Source: an uncultured beta proteobacterium
GTDB lineage: Bacteria > Pseudomonadota > Gammaproteobacteria > Burkholderiales > Casimicrobiaceae
Length of the DNA stretch: 64,000 nt
NCBI GenBank assembly: GCA_963832705.1
Contig: CAWHVP010000002.1
Location: forward strand, 55,054-119,053
Direction of reading: 5' to 3'
Positions 34,435-44,943 of the stretch are shown here, in pieces. A program made the translations under genes and the position numbers. The first letter of the stretch is position 1, and the number at the start of each line of letters is the position of its first letter. The notes beneath the pieces are model-generated. The model did not search any database, was not told the DNA's origin, and saw nothing but the letters and a program-made list of their open reading frames with translations.

Positions 34435-34851
34435 ATGCTGACCGTGCGCCGGATCGACCACCTCGTGCTCACGTGCCGCAACGTGAAGGCGTCGATCCGC
34501 TTCTACACCGAGGTCCTCGGCATGAGCGAGGTGACCTTCGGCTCCGGCAGGAAGGCGCTGTCGTTCGGCCGGCAGAAGCTCAACCTGCATCCGGCCGGGC
34601 AGACGGCCGGCGGCAAGACGGGTTCCGTCGCGGCCATCGCCGCCGCGCCCACGCCGGGCTCGGTCGACCTGTGCCTCGTCGTCGTCGAGCCGCTCGCCGC
34701 CGTGCTCGCGCACCTCGCGGCCTGCGGCGTGCCGGTGGAGGAGGGCCCGGTCGCCCGCACCGGCGCCCTCGGCCCGATCGAGTCCGTCTACATCCGCGAT
34801 CCCGACGGCAACCTGATCGAGCTCGCGCGCTATCTCGACGACGTCGACTGA
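34435..34851 (+). CDS. VOC (glyoxalase/bleomycin-resistance/dioxygenase) family protein
   Basis: Intact 138-aa ORF: MLTVRRIDHLVLTCRNVKASIRFYTEVLGM...GPIESVYIRDPDGNLIELARY. Confidence 0.75.
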   Translation: MLTVRRIDHLVLTCRNVKASIRFYTEVLGMSEVTFGSGRKALSFGRQKLNLHPAGQTAGGKTGSVAAIAAAPTPGSVDLCLVVVEPLAAVLAHLAACGVPVEEGPVARTGALGPIESVYIRDPDGNLIELARYLDDVD

Positions 34852-35193
34852 CGCCGTTGCCGCCGGGGCTCGCCGCGCTCAGCCCGGGGCCGCGGTCGGA
34901 TCGGCGGCCAACGGTCGTCTTCCTGCACCGAACCGCATCGTACGCGATCGAACTCCGCCGGCGAGGCCGCGCATTGGACGCCGGTCGACCGTGCTCACGG
35001 CCCCGAACGTTGGCAGGCCGGCCCGTTCCGGTGCGCCGGACCCTGGACCGGAGGATTCCACCGCATTGCAACATCCGTGTCGTCATTTTTCTCGATTCGA
35101 CCTTGAATCCTATCGTGTTGCGGTGCCGCATTACGTTAAAATGGTGCGTTGCAACCAAAGCATTCCCTCCGGAACAACCCGTCAGGAGCCTTC

Positions 35194-36009
35194 ATGGAAT
35201 TTTCGAACAAGGTCGCAGTCATCACCGGCGCAGCCAGCGGCATCGGCCGGGCCGTGGCGGTCGCCATGGCGCGACGCGGCGTCCGCGCGATGGCGCTGGT
35301 CGACATGGGCGATGCGATCAGCGCCGTCGCCGCCGAGGTCAATACGCTGGCGTGCCGCGAAGTCGCCTTCCCGTACAAGGGCGACACCACCGACGAGGCG
35401 TTCCGCGCGTCGGTCTACGATGACATCAGCTCCCGGTTCGGTGTCGTCTCGATGTGCGTGCCGGCCGCCGGCATCACCCGCGACGAGCTCGCCGTCCGCG
35501 TCGACAAGCTGACCGGCAAGGCGCGCATCTACCCGCTGGAGAAGTTCCAGCTGGTCGTCAACGTCAACCTGATCGCTCCGGTCTACTGGGGCCTGGAGAT
35601 GATCGGCCGCATCGCCGAGGACCGCGCCGCGCGCGGCCTGAAGAAGTGGCAGCCGGCCGAAGGCATGGTGGGCGCGATCGTGTTCATCGGCTCGGTGTCC
35701 TCGCAGGGCAACAAGGGCCAGATCTCCTACGCCAGCACCAAGGCGGGCCTCGAGGGCGCCGCGGCGACGATCATGAACGAGGCGATGTTCCACGGCGTGC
35801 GCTGCGGCCTCATCCACCCCGGCTACACCGAGACGCCGATGGTGAAGGCGCTGGGCGACGACTTCATCGGCAAGAACATCCTGCCGTACACGCAGCTGGG
35901 CCGCCTGATCCGCCCCGACGAGATCGCCGACGCGATCTGCTTCATGCTCGCCAATTCGGCGGTGAGCGGCGAGCTGTGGGCCGACGCCGGCTGGCACCCG
36001 CCGGCGTAA
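35194..36009 (+). CDS. SDR-family oxidoreductase
   Basis: MEFSNKVAVITGAASGIGRAVAVAMARRG...SVSSQGNKGQISYASTKAGLEGAA...IHPGYTETPM. AGGAG lies 6 nt upstream. The earlier start at 35149 in the track is unlikely. Confidence 0.8.
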   Translation: MEFSNKVAVITGAASGIGRAVAVAMARRGVRAMALVDMGDAISAVAAEVNTLACREVAFPYKGDTTDEAFRASVYDDISSRFGVVSMCVPAAGITRDELAVRVDKLTGKARIYPLEKFQLVVNVNLIAPVYWGLEMIGRIAEDRAARGLKKWQPAEGMVGAIVFIGSVSSQGNKGQISYASTKAGLEGAAATIMNEAMFHGVRCGLIHPGYTETPMVKALGDDFIGKNILPYTQLGRLIRPDEIADAICFMLANSAVSGELWADAGWHPPA

Positions 36010-36144
36010 TCGACGCCTCGACGCCGGCAGCCGTCGCCGGCGTCGCCATCTCGCAACGCGGGCACTTCGATGCCCGCGTTGTCGTTTCCGGCATCGCCGA
36101 TCGCCTCCTCGGTTAAACTTGCCCCCTGTTCCGCAGGAGGAAGC

Positions 36145-37745
36145 ATGCCGAGGAAGCCGTGCGTTGCCCTGACCCGGCGCAGTGGCGTCGCCGCCCTGTT
36201 CCTCGCGCTGGCCGTGGCTGCACCCGCGCTCGCCGCGCCGATCGACTACATCTTCACCGGCGTGCTCACCGGCTCGTTCTATGGCGGCGCGTCCGGCGAT
36301 CAGTCGGTGACGATCATCGCCACCGGGGACGCGGCCGCGGTGACCGCCGCCAGCACCTGCAACAACCTCGGCAGCGTCCGGGTCGCGATCCCCGGGAAGA
36401 TGGCGACCGTCACCGAGCCGATGGCGATTTTCGTCGACCGGCCGGCGCGCAACCTGGGGTTGCGACGGGGTACCTGCGGCGCGCCGCTGTCCCCCTGGCT
36501 GGTCGTGAACAACGCCGTCGTCTTCGGCAGCTACAGCCTGGCCGCTTCGCTCGTGCCGGGCCCGGTCGTGCCGACCCCGTCGGGCCTCGGCAGCGTGAGC
36601 ACCACGCTGGGCGTGCTCGACGTCGTCGCGAACGTGCTGTCGTCGTTCGAGGCGCAGGGCCCGAATCCCCCGCCGAGCGGCAACGCGAAGCTGTCGGGGC
36701 TGGCGTTGTCGAGCGGGCTGCTGACGCCCGCCGTCAACGGCAATACGTTCCAGTACACGGGCCGCGTCGCCGACGGCGTCGCCTCGGTCACGCTGACGCC
36801 GACCGCGGCCGATCCGGCCGCGTCGATCCTGGTGAACGGCGCGCCCGTGGCGAGCGGCAGCGCGTCGGCCCCGATCGCGCTCGCGTCCGGCGAGAACCGG
36901 GTCACCATCGCGGTCACCGCGCCGGACGGGTTCGCCACGCAGAGCTACGTCGTCAACGTGATCCGCCTGGACCCCAATTACCAGGGACTGTGGTGGAAGT
37001 CGCCGCCGGGCTCGGAAAGCGGCTGGGGAATCAATTTCGCGCACCAGGGCGACGTCATCTTCGCGACCTGGTTCACCTACCGCGACGACGGCAAGCCCTG
37101 GTGGCTGATCGCCGAGCTCCACAAGGTCGCGAACGGCCGCTACACCGGGAGCATCGCGACGGTTTCGGGGCCGGCGTTCAACTCGGTTCCGTTCGAGCCG
37201 GCCCTGGTCCAGGAGGCGCTGGTCGGGACGATGACGGTGACCTTTACCGGCGCCGCCGATGGCGTGCTCGAGACCAACGTTGAAGGCTTCGCGCAGACCA
37301 AGCCGATCACCAGGCAGGTCTTCGGGCTGCTCCCCGTCTGTACCTGGGGCACGCAGGCCGATCTCGCACCCGCCGACGAACTACCAGGACCTGTGGTGGA
37401 AGGCGAGCGAGTCGGGCTGGGGCATCAACTTCACGCACCAGGGCGACGTCATCTTCGCCACGTGGTTCACCTACGACGTCGTCGGCAAGCCGTGGTGGCT
37501 GACCGCGGAGCTGCACAAGGCCGCCGCCGGCGTATACGCGGGCACGGTCACGCACGCTGACCGGCCCGCCGTTCGACTCGGCGCCGTTCCAGCCGGGCAA
37601 GGTCGTCGAGACGGCCGTCGGCTCGGCGACGGTGAGCTTCGCCAACGGCAACAGCGCGAGCTTCGCCTACACGGTGAACGGCATCGCGCAGACCAAGGCG
37701 ATCACGCGGCAGGTGTTCGCGCCACCGGGAACTGTCTGCCAGTAG
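36145..37745 (+). CDS. secreted protein: unknown N-terminal region, Cadherin-like beta-sandwich domain, then two tandem WW-ESGWG modules; 2 frameshifts (near 37375 and 37555)
   Basis: AGGAGG precedes the ATG. The signal peptide is MPRKPCVALTRRSGVAALFLALAVAAPALAAP. The Cadherin-like segment is AKLSGLALSSGLLTPAVNGNTFQYTGRVADGVASVTLTPTAADPAASILVNG...NRVTIAVTAPDGFATQSYVVNV. Repeat 1 is NYQGLWWKSPPGSESGWGINFAHQGDVIFATWFTYRDDGKPWWL...QTKPITRQVF. Repeat 2 is NYQDLWWKASESGWGINFTHQGDVIFATWFTYDVVGKPWWL...QTKAITRQVF. Confidence 0.7.
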
Positions 37746-37806
37746 GTCCGCGGTCGCCGGGGCCGGGCCGGCAGGTACCCGGTGGACATGTCGAGGGAGC
37801 AGCGCG

Positions 37807-39705
37807 ATGAGAAGCCACGGTACGGTCCGGAAGGGCGTGAGTGCGGCACTGTGGGCAGTGGCGTTCCTTTCCGCGGTGGCCGCGCATGCGGCCATCCCGG
37901 CCGGCGAGCGGCAGGTGCTGCTGAACCTGTACGCGTCGACCAACGGCGCGGGCTGGACCAACCGCACCAACTGGAACGGCGCCGCGGGGACCGAGTGCAC
38001 GTGGTTCGGGGTGACCTGCAATCCGGAAGGCACGTCGGTGACCGGCGTCATCCTGGACAACAACAACCTGACCGGGACGCTTCCGGCGCTCGGCGGGCTG
38101 CCGAATCTGCAGGAGTTCCGTGTCTACAGCAACGGGCTGACGGGTTCGATCCCGTCGTTCGCCGGCATGAGCCAGCTCCGGTACTTCGAGGCCAGCCTGA
38201 ACCAACTGACGGGGACCCTTCCCGACCTGACCGGAGCGCCGAACCTCGATACGTTTGCGGCGTACACCAACGGCCTCACGGGTTCGATCCCGCCGCTGTC
38301 CGGAAACGCCCAGCTGCGGACGTTCATGGTTTCGAACAATCAGCTGACCGGGCCGCTGCCGGCGCTCGCGGGGCTCGCCTCGCTGATGGACTTCGTCGCC
38401 TTCAACAACCGTTTGACCGGGACGATTCCCGCGCTCACCGGCGTGCCCCAGCTCAGGACGTTCATCGTGGAGACGAACCAGCTGACCGGCACGATTCCCT
38501 CGCTCGCCGGACTGACTGGCCTGCAGCAGTTCTGGGTCGGCTCGAACCAGCTGACCGGCCCGCTGCCCGCGCTCGCCGGGCTGACGAACCTGTGGGATTT
38601 CAGGGCCGGCGGCAACCAGCTGACCGGCTCGATCCCCGCGCTGGGTGGGCTGAGCCAGCTGTCGAATTTCATTGCCAGCTACAATCAGCTGACCGGGACG
38701 ATTCCCCCGCTGACCGGATTGACGAGCCTCGTCCGGTTCTGGGTCGACGGCAATCAACTGACCGGGCCCGTGCCCGCGCTCACCGGGCTTTCCAATCTCA
38801 TCTATTTCTCGATCGGCGCCAACCAGCTGTCGGGCAACGCCCCGACCGTGCCGTCGCCGAGCGCGCTGGCGGCCGGCGGCTCCGCGCTGTGCCCGAATGC
38901 GCTGAACCGGATCGCCGACCCTGCCTGGATGCGGCGACCGGGCGCACGCCGTGGTACGCCGACTGCACCGGCGTCTCGTCGGCCTTCGTCGCCGATCCGT
39001 CGGACATCTGGTGGAATGCCGGCGAGTCCGGCTGGGGCATGCAGATGGTCAGCACCGGCGACTTCATCTTCGCAACGCTCTACGTCTATGGCAGCGGTGG
39101 CCAGCCGACGTGGTTCACCGGCGAGCTGACCCGGAGCGCGCAGGTGCCGCCGACGTTCACCGGCCCGCCTGTACGCGACCACCGGACCGTATTTCGGGGG
39201 CGCGTTCAACCCGGCGGCGGTGACCGCGAGGGCGGCGGGGACGATGACCTTCACGGCGACGGGCACCGACGCGGGCCAGCTCTCGTACACGGTGGACGGC
39301 GTGCCGGTCACGAAGTCCGTGCAGCGGCAGCCGCTCACGCGCGACGACTACAACGGCCATTACGTCGTGACCGACACGCGGACCCGCAGCGGCTGTGCCG
39401 ATCCGTCGGGCAACGGCAGCACGACGACGCCCGTGGCGATCGCCATCACGCACAGCGGAACCGCGATGACGGCGGTCTGGACCTACCCTGGAAGCCAGAC
39501 GTGCACACACACCGGCACGTTCTCGCAGCTCGGCCGCATGGGTACCTTCGTCGCCGCCTACACCTGCAGCACCGGCGAGACGGGGACCGCGACGTACACG
39601 GCCATGACGGCGAAGATGGGCATCTTCGGCGCGCAGCTGGCGACGCAGTCGACGACCCTCGGCTGCGCGTCGACCGGGCAGCTCGCCGGCGTGACTCCGC
39701 GATAG
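37807..39705 (+). CDS. secreted leucine-rich-repeat protein (plant-type LRR N-cap plus 11 x 23-aa LTGxIP repeats) with a C-terminal WW-ESGWG module and a Cys-containing tail; 2 frameshifts (near 38925 and 39165)
   Basis: The signal peptide is MRSHGTVRKGVSAALWAVAFLSAVAAHA. The cap is ERQVLLNLYASTNGAGWTNRTNWNGAAGTECTWFGVTC. Repeats look like LTGTLPALGGLPNLQEFRVYSNG and LTGSIPSFAGMSQLRYFEASLNQ. Then follow SDIWWNAGESGWGMQMVSTGDFIFATLYVYGSGGQPTWF...VTKSVQRQPL and the tail in ORF 39220..39705. Confidence 0.8.
38068..38826 (+). repeat. 11 in-frame tandem 69-nt units encoding the LRR array
   Basis: The periodicity was read from the protein (23 aa x 11). Units begin with CTGACCGG(G/C)... . Confidence 0.85.
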
Positions 39706-39879
39706 CGCCGGGCGCGCCCGATCGTTCAGGCGCCCTTCAGGATCTCCTGTCAGCCTGACTGCCGCGTCGGGCGCGTGCGCTCGCGTGCGCATCCCGGTCG
39801 CTCGTCCCGACCACAGTCCGGTCATCGGATCGTGGTCGCCGGACGTTAACTGCACACCCCCACGGCTCGGAACCTGCTC

Positions 39880-40272
39880 ATGAAACGCTTCCTCGCGGTA
39901 CTGATCCTCGCGTTCGCCTGCACACCGGCGCTCGCGACCAGCGTCGGCGTATCGGTCACCGTCGGCGACCCCGGCTACCGTGGCCGCATCGACATCGTCG
40001 ATTTTCCGCCGCCCCAGCTGCTGTTTCCCGAACCGATCATCATCGAGCAGGTGCCCGTCGGCGTCGTGCGGCAGCCGGTCTATGTCTACGTTCCCGCGAC
40101 GGAGGCCAAGCAATGGCGCAAGCACTGCAAGAAGTACCGGGCCTGCGGTCAACCGGTCTATTTCGTGCAGGAGACCTGGTACCGGGACGTGTACGTGCCC
40201 GAGTACGGAAAGGTCAAGGGCAAGCAGCACAAGGAGAAGGCGGACAAGCCGAAGAAGCCGAAGAACGACTGA
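39880..40272 (+). CDS. small secreted protein of unknown function with a lysine-rich C-terminus
   Basis: Intact 130-aa ORF. The signal peptide is MKRFLAVLILAFACTPALA. It continues ...GYRGRIDIVDFPPPQLLFPEPIIIEQVP...WRKHCKKYRACGQPVYFVQETWYRDVYVPEY...KQHKEKADKPKKPKND. I recall similar hypothetical proteins in betaproteobacteria but know of no function. Confidence 0.5.
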   Translation: MKRFLAVLILAFACTPALATSVGVSVTVGDPGYRGRIDIVDFPPPQLLFPEPIIIEQVPVGVVRQPVYVYVPATEAKQWRKHCKKYRACGQPVYFVQETWYRDVYVPEYGKVKGKQHKEKADKPKKPKND

Positions 40273-40398
40273 CGGCGATGTCCCTGTCCTCCGCAGGCGT
40301 CCCGTAGTCGAGCGCAGCAACGCGGGCGCGGACGTGCCGCGGCCTCGTCCAATCGGCGAATGGCAGGTGCCGCGGCCGCGGTCTAGGGTGGCGGTCCC

Positions 40399-42877
40399 AT
40401 GGCTCGCGTGCCCATTGCGCTGCTCGCCTTCGCCGCCGGCGCCACGCTGCTGCAGTGGCAGCCGACGCTGCCGCCGGCGATGCCCTGGCTGGTCGCGGCC
40501 GCGGGCGGGTGCGTTCCTCGCGATCCTGGCCGGCGCCGCGGCGCGTCCGTCCCGCCGTGGTCGCACCGGGTGGTGCCGGTGCTCGCTCCCGGTGGCGGCG
40601 GCGCTGCTCGCGGCCGTCGCCGCCGGCGCTCTCGGCTTCGGCTACGCGGCCTGGCGCGCCGACACGCGCCTCGCCGATCAGCTGCCGATCGAGTGGGAGG
40701 GCGTCGATCTCGCCGTCGTAGGCGTCGTCGACGAGCTGCCGCAGGCTTCGAGCCGCGGCACGCGGTTCGCCTTCGCGGTGGAGAGGGTGGAAACCCCGGA
40801 CGCGAAGGTGCCGCAGCGGCTGTCGCTCGCGTGGTACGCGCAGCAGCGGAAGGACGGCACGGCCGAGCCGCCGCCGCCGATCGCCGCGGGGGAGCGCTGG
40901 CGCCTGGTCGTGCGCCTGAAGCGCCCGCACGGCAGCGTCAACCCGCACGGCTTCGACATCGAGGCGTGGCTGCTCGAGAACAACCTGCGCGCCACCGGCT
41001 ACGTGCGCCCGGGCGAGCGCAACCTGCGCCTCGACGCGTTCGCCGGGCGGCCTTCCGACTGGGTCGAGCGCGCGCGGGAGACGGTGCGCGAGCGGATTCG
41101 CCGCGCGCTGCCGGAGGCCGCCTACGCCGGCGTGATCGTCGCGCTGACGATCGGCGACCAGCGCGCGATTCCCGACGCGCAGTGGCGCGTGTTCGCGCGC
41201 ACCGGGATCTCGCACCTGATCTCCATCTCCGGGCTGCACGTGACCGTGTTCGCGGCGCTGGCCGCGGCGCTCGCCTACGCGCTCGCGCGGCGCAGCGTGC
41301 GGCTCACGTCGCGGCTCCCCGCGCGCAAGCTCGCCGCGCTCGTCGGCGTGCTCGCGGCGGCCGCCTACGTGCTGCTCGCGGGCGCGCAGGTGCCGGCGCA
41401 GCGCACGCTGCTGATGCTCGCCGTCGCGGCGCTCGGGCTGTGGCTCGCGCGGCCCGGCACGGCGGCGGTGATCTGGCTGTGGGCGCTGGCCGTCGTCACC
41501 GCCTGGGATCCGTGGGCGGGCGTCACGCCCGGGTTCTGGCTGTCGTTCGGCAGCGTGGGCCTCCTGCTGTACGCGCATGCCGGACGCATCGGCGCGCCGC
41601 CCGCCGCCACGCGCCGCGGACGCGTCGTCCAGGCGCTGCGGGCGGCGACGCGCACGCAGGCGCTCGTCACCGTCGGGCTCGTGCCGCTGACGCTGGCGCT
41701 CTTCCAGCAGGTGTCGCTCGCCTCGCCGATCGCCAACGCGCTGGCGATTCCGGTGGTCACGTTCGCCGTCGTCCCGGTGGCGCTCGCCGGCATCGTGCTG
41801 CCGGTCGATGTCGTCTTCCAGGCGGCGCACGCGATCTTCGCGGCGATGATGCTGCCGCTCGAATGGCTGGCGCAGCAGCCTGGCGCCGTGTGGGAGCAGC
41901 ACGCGCCGCCGCTCTGGGCCGTCGCGGCGGCGCTGGCGGGCGTGGCCTGGCTCGCGGCGCCGCGCGGCGTGCCGGGACGCGCGCTCGGCCTCGTGTGGCT
42001 GCTGCCGCTGTTCGTCGTGACGCCGCCAAGCCCGTCCCCCGGCGCGTTCCGGATGACGGTGCTCGACGTGGGGCAGGGGCTCGCGGTCGTCGTCGCGACG
42101 CATCGCCACGCGCTGCTCTACGACACCGGGCCGCGCTACACCGACGAGGCCGATGCGGGCGGACGCATCGTCGCGCCGTTCCTGCGCGCCGCGGGCATCG
42201 CGCGCCTGGGCGGCATGATCGTCACGCACCAGGACAGCGACCACAGCGGCGGGGCGGCGACGCTGCTGTCGACGGTGCCGGTCGACTGGCTCGCCTCGTC
42301 GCTGCCGGACGATCACGACGTCCTGATCGCGCGCGCCGGCGACGACGGCATCACGCTCCGCTGCGCGGCGGGACAGCGCTGGGAGTGGGACGGCGTGCGC
42401 TTCGCGGTGCTGCATCCGCCGGCCGCGCACTACGACGAGCCGCGGATCAGGACCAACGACCTCTCCTGCGTCGTTCGCGTCGATTCCGAATACGGCAGCG
42501 CGCTCCTGACCGGCGACATCGAGGCGAAGAGCGAGCTCGCGCTGCTCGCGGCCGACCCCGGCGCGCTCGCCGTCGACGTGCTGGTCGTGCCGCACCACGG
42601 CTCGCGCACGTCCTCGCTGCCGCAGTTCATCGCGGCGACCGCGGCACCGATCGCCGTGTTCACGTCCGGCTATCGCAACCGCTTCGGCCACCCTCGCCCC
42701 GACATCGTCGCGCGCTACGTCGCCGCGGGCGCCGAGTTGTGGCGCACCGATCTCGACGGCGCGCTGACCTTCGACTTCGCGCCCGAGGCGACGCTGCGGC
42801 CGCGCGCCGAGCGCGCGCACGACCGCCGCTACTGGCGCGAGGCGCCGGTGCGCGCGGCGGAACCCGCTCCCGAATGA
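40399..42877 (+). CDS. comEC: DNA internalization-related competence protein ComEC/Rec2; frameshift near 40510
   Basis: ORF 39980..42877 carries the competence domain (FARTGISHLISISGLHVTVFAAL) and a C-terminal metallo-beta-lactamase domain (MTVLDVGQGLAVVV...THQDSDHSGGA...VVPHHGS). The N-terminus MARVPIALLAFAAGATLLQWQP is in the frame of ORF 40399..42930. Confidence 0.9.
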
Positions 42878-42962
42878 GGCGGCCGGGGCCTCGCGCACGA
42901 AGTGGTCAAGCGCGCGCCGCCGCGCATTGACCGCCGCGCGCCCGGGTTCGTAGACTGCGGCG

Positions 42963-44010
42963 ATGATCCCGGTCCCGTTCCAGCCGTCCCTTGCCCGCGC
43001 GCGGCATGCCGTGGCGCTCGCGCTGGCCTTGGCCGTCGCGCGTCGTGCCGTGGCCGGCCGGCGCCGCCGAGAAGGCGACCGAGCTCAAGCTCTCGGTCGC
43101 CGTCGGCCCGGCCTACCCGCTGGGCAAGGCGGCCGACCTCTGGGCGAAGCGCGTTGCCGAGGCGAGCGGCGGCAGGCTGGCGGTCAAGGTGTTTCCCGGC
43201 GCGGCGCTGTCGCAGCGGAACGTCGCGCGCGAGTTCGCCGCGCTCAAGGAAGGCGCGGCCGATCTCGCCGTCGGCTCGACGCTCTACTGGTCGACGCCGG
43301 TCAAGGAGCTCGGCGTCGTCGCGCTGCCGTGGATCGCGCCGGGGCCGAAGCAGCTGGACGCGCTGCTTGCGCCGCCGGTCGGCGATCGGCTGCTGGCCGC
43401 GGTCGACCGTGAAGGCGTCGTGCCGCTGGCGCTGGCGCCGCTCGGCCACCGCGCGCTCGCCACGACCGACCGCGTGGTGCAGGCGCCCGCCGATGTCGCC
43501 GGCCTGCGCGTGCGCCTCCTCGGCCCGCTGGTGGTCGGCGAGTTCTTCGCGGCGCTGTGGGCCGAGCCGCGGGCGCTGTCGTTCGCCGACGCCGAGGCCG
43601 CGTTCGCGGCGGGCGCCATCAACGCGCAGGACGGCACGCTCGCGCTGTTCGTGGCGACGCGCGCGAGCGCGCTCGGCCTCAAGCGGGTCCTGCTGTGGGA
43701 TGCGATCGCCGAGGCCGCCGTCTTCGCCGTCAATCGCGCGCGCTGGGACGCGTGGAGCGAAGCGGACCGCGCGATCGTCCGCGATGCCGCCCGCGCGGTC
43801 GCGGCGGAGCTCGCCACGCTCGTGCAGCAGGACGACGATGCGGCGGCGAAGGAGCTCGGCCGGAGCGGCATGGCGGTGACCCGGCTGACCGCGGCCGGCA
43901 GGGCGGCATTCGTCGCCGCGATGCACGGCTACTACGAACGGCGTGCGGCGTCGATCGGCGCGGAGCTCGTCAAGAGCGCCGAGGACGCGGTGGCCGCAGC
44001 GGCGCCGTGA
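42963..44010 (+). CDS. TRAP-type (DctP-family) periplasmic solute-binding protein, orphan; frameshift near 43040
   Basis: ORF 42991..44010: ELKLSVAVGPAYPLGKAADLWAKRVAEASGGRLAVKVFPGAAL...LPWIAPGPKQLDALL...VAGLRVRLLG...AGAINAQDGTLALF. The signal-peptide start MIPVPFQPSLARARHAVALALALAVA is in the 42963 frame. No dctQ or dctM is adjacent. Confidence 0.7.
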
Positions 44011-44049
44011 TCGCGGACCGCAGTCGCCGGCGATTGGCGTGGGCCGCCA

Positions 44050-44108
44050 CCCTCACCCGCCGCTGCGCGGCACCCTCTCCCGCGAGCGGGAGAGGGTCGG
44101 GGTGAGGG
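44050..44108. repeat. REP-A repeat, copy 3 (inverted relative to copy 1, near-identical)
   Basis: CCCTCACCCgccgctgcgcggcaCCCTCTCCCgcgagcGGGAGAGGGtcgGGGTGAGGG. It equals the reverse complement of 5732-5790 except in the central loop. Confidence 0.85.
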
Positions 44109-44136
44109 GAGCGCGCATCGCAGGAAAGGCACTTCG

Positions 44137-44943
44137 ATGACCACGGAACCTCGCGCACGCATCGTCCTCGCCGACACCGTCACGATGCTCGACGCGAGCC
44201 ATCGCGGCGGCGCGCTGGTCACCGGCTCGCACGGCGGCCTGATCGCCGCCTGGCTCGCCGCCGAGGGCGGCGTGCGCGCCGCGATCTTCAACGACGCCGG
44301 CGGCGGCCTCGACGACGCCGGCTTCGCGGGGCTCGCGTGGCTCGAGCGGATCGGCATGGCGGCCGCGACGGTCGCGCACACGACGGCGCGGATCGCCGAC
44401 GCGGCCGATGCGCTCGCGTCGGGCGTCGTTTCGCACGTGAATGCGCCGGCCGCGGCCTGTGGCGTCGTGCCCGGCATGCGCTGCGCCGACGCGGCGGAGG
44501 CGCTGCGCGACGCGCCGCGACCGCGGGGCGACGTGCCGCGCCACGCCGAGGCGCGCGTCGTCCTGCGCGCCGCGCGGGGCGCGACGCCCGAAGTGCGCGG
44601 CCTCGACTCCATCGGCATGGTCGTCCCCGGCGACGCGGGCTGCCTGCTCGTCATCGGCTCGCACGGCGGCCTGCACGGCGGGCGGCCCGAAAGCGCGCTG
44701 CCCGTCGCCGCGGCCGCGGCGGTCTTCCACGATGCCGGACGGGGCAAGGACGGCGCGAGCGTGTCGCGGCTGCCGGTCCTCGCGGCGCGCGGGATGCCGG
44801 CCGCGACGGTCGACTACCGGACCGCCCGGATCGGCGATGCCCGCTCGCTGTGGGAATCGGGGCGGCTGTCGGTCGTGAACGCGGTGGCCGCCGCGCGGGG
44901 CTGGCGCGTCGGCGACGCGGTCGCCGACGCGTTGCTCAGGTGA
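44137..44943 (+). CDS. hypothetical protein with an internal tandem duplication (two halves of about 125 aa, each with a GSHGG motif)
   Basis: Intact 268-aa ORF. Half 1 is ALVTGSHGGLIAA...AAIFNDAGGGLDDAGFAGLAWLERIGMAAATVAHTTARIADA...VVSHVNAPAAACG. Half 2 is LLVIGSHGGLHGG...AAVFHDAGRGKDGASVSRLPVLAARGMPAATVDYRTARIGDA...LSVVNAVAAARG. Confidence 0.5.
   Translation: MTTEPRARIVLADTVTMLDASHRGGALVTGSHGGLIAAWLAAEGGVRAAIFNDAGGGLDDAGFAGLAWLERIGMAAATVAHTTARIADAADALASGVVSHVNAPAAACGVVPGMRCADAAEALRDAPRPRGDVPRHAEARVVLRAARGATPEVRGLDSIGMVVPGDAGCLLVIGSHGGLHGGRPESALPVAAAAAVFHDAGRGKDGASVSRLPVLAARGMPAATVDYRTARIGDARSLWESGRLSVVNAVAAARGWRVGDAVADALLR

Noticed and set aside
35110-35160. GTTGC...GCAAC and GGTGC repeats around a TAAAAT hexamer upstream of the SDR gene, as a possible operator/promoter.
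   Set aside because: The arms are short (5 nt) and about 30 nt apart, the arrangement is partly mirror rather than inverted, and no regulator gene is adjacent. This is too weak.
38068-38826. A regular 69-nt periodic array that could superficially look like a CRISPR or satellite repeat.
   Set aside because: It is in frame inside a long ORF and encodes 23-aa LRR units. There is no repeat/spacer structure and there are no cas genes.
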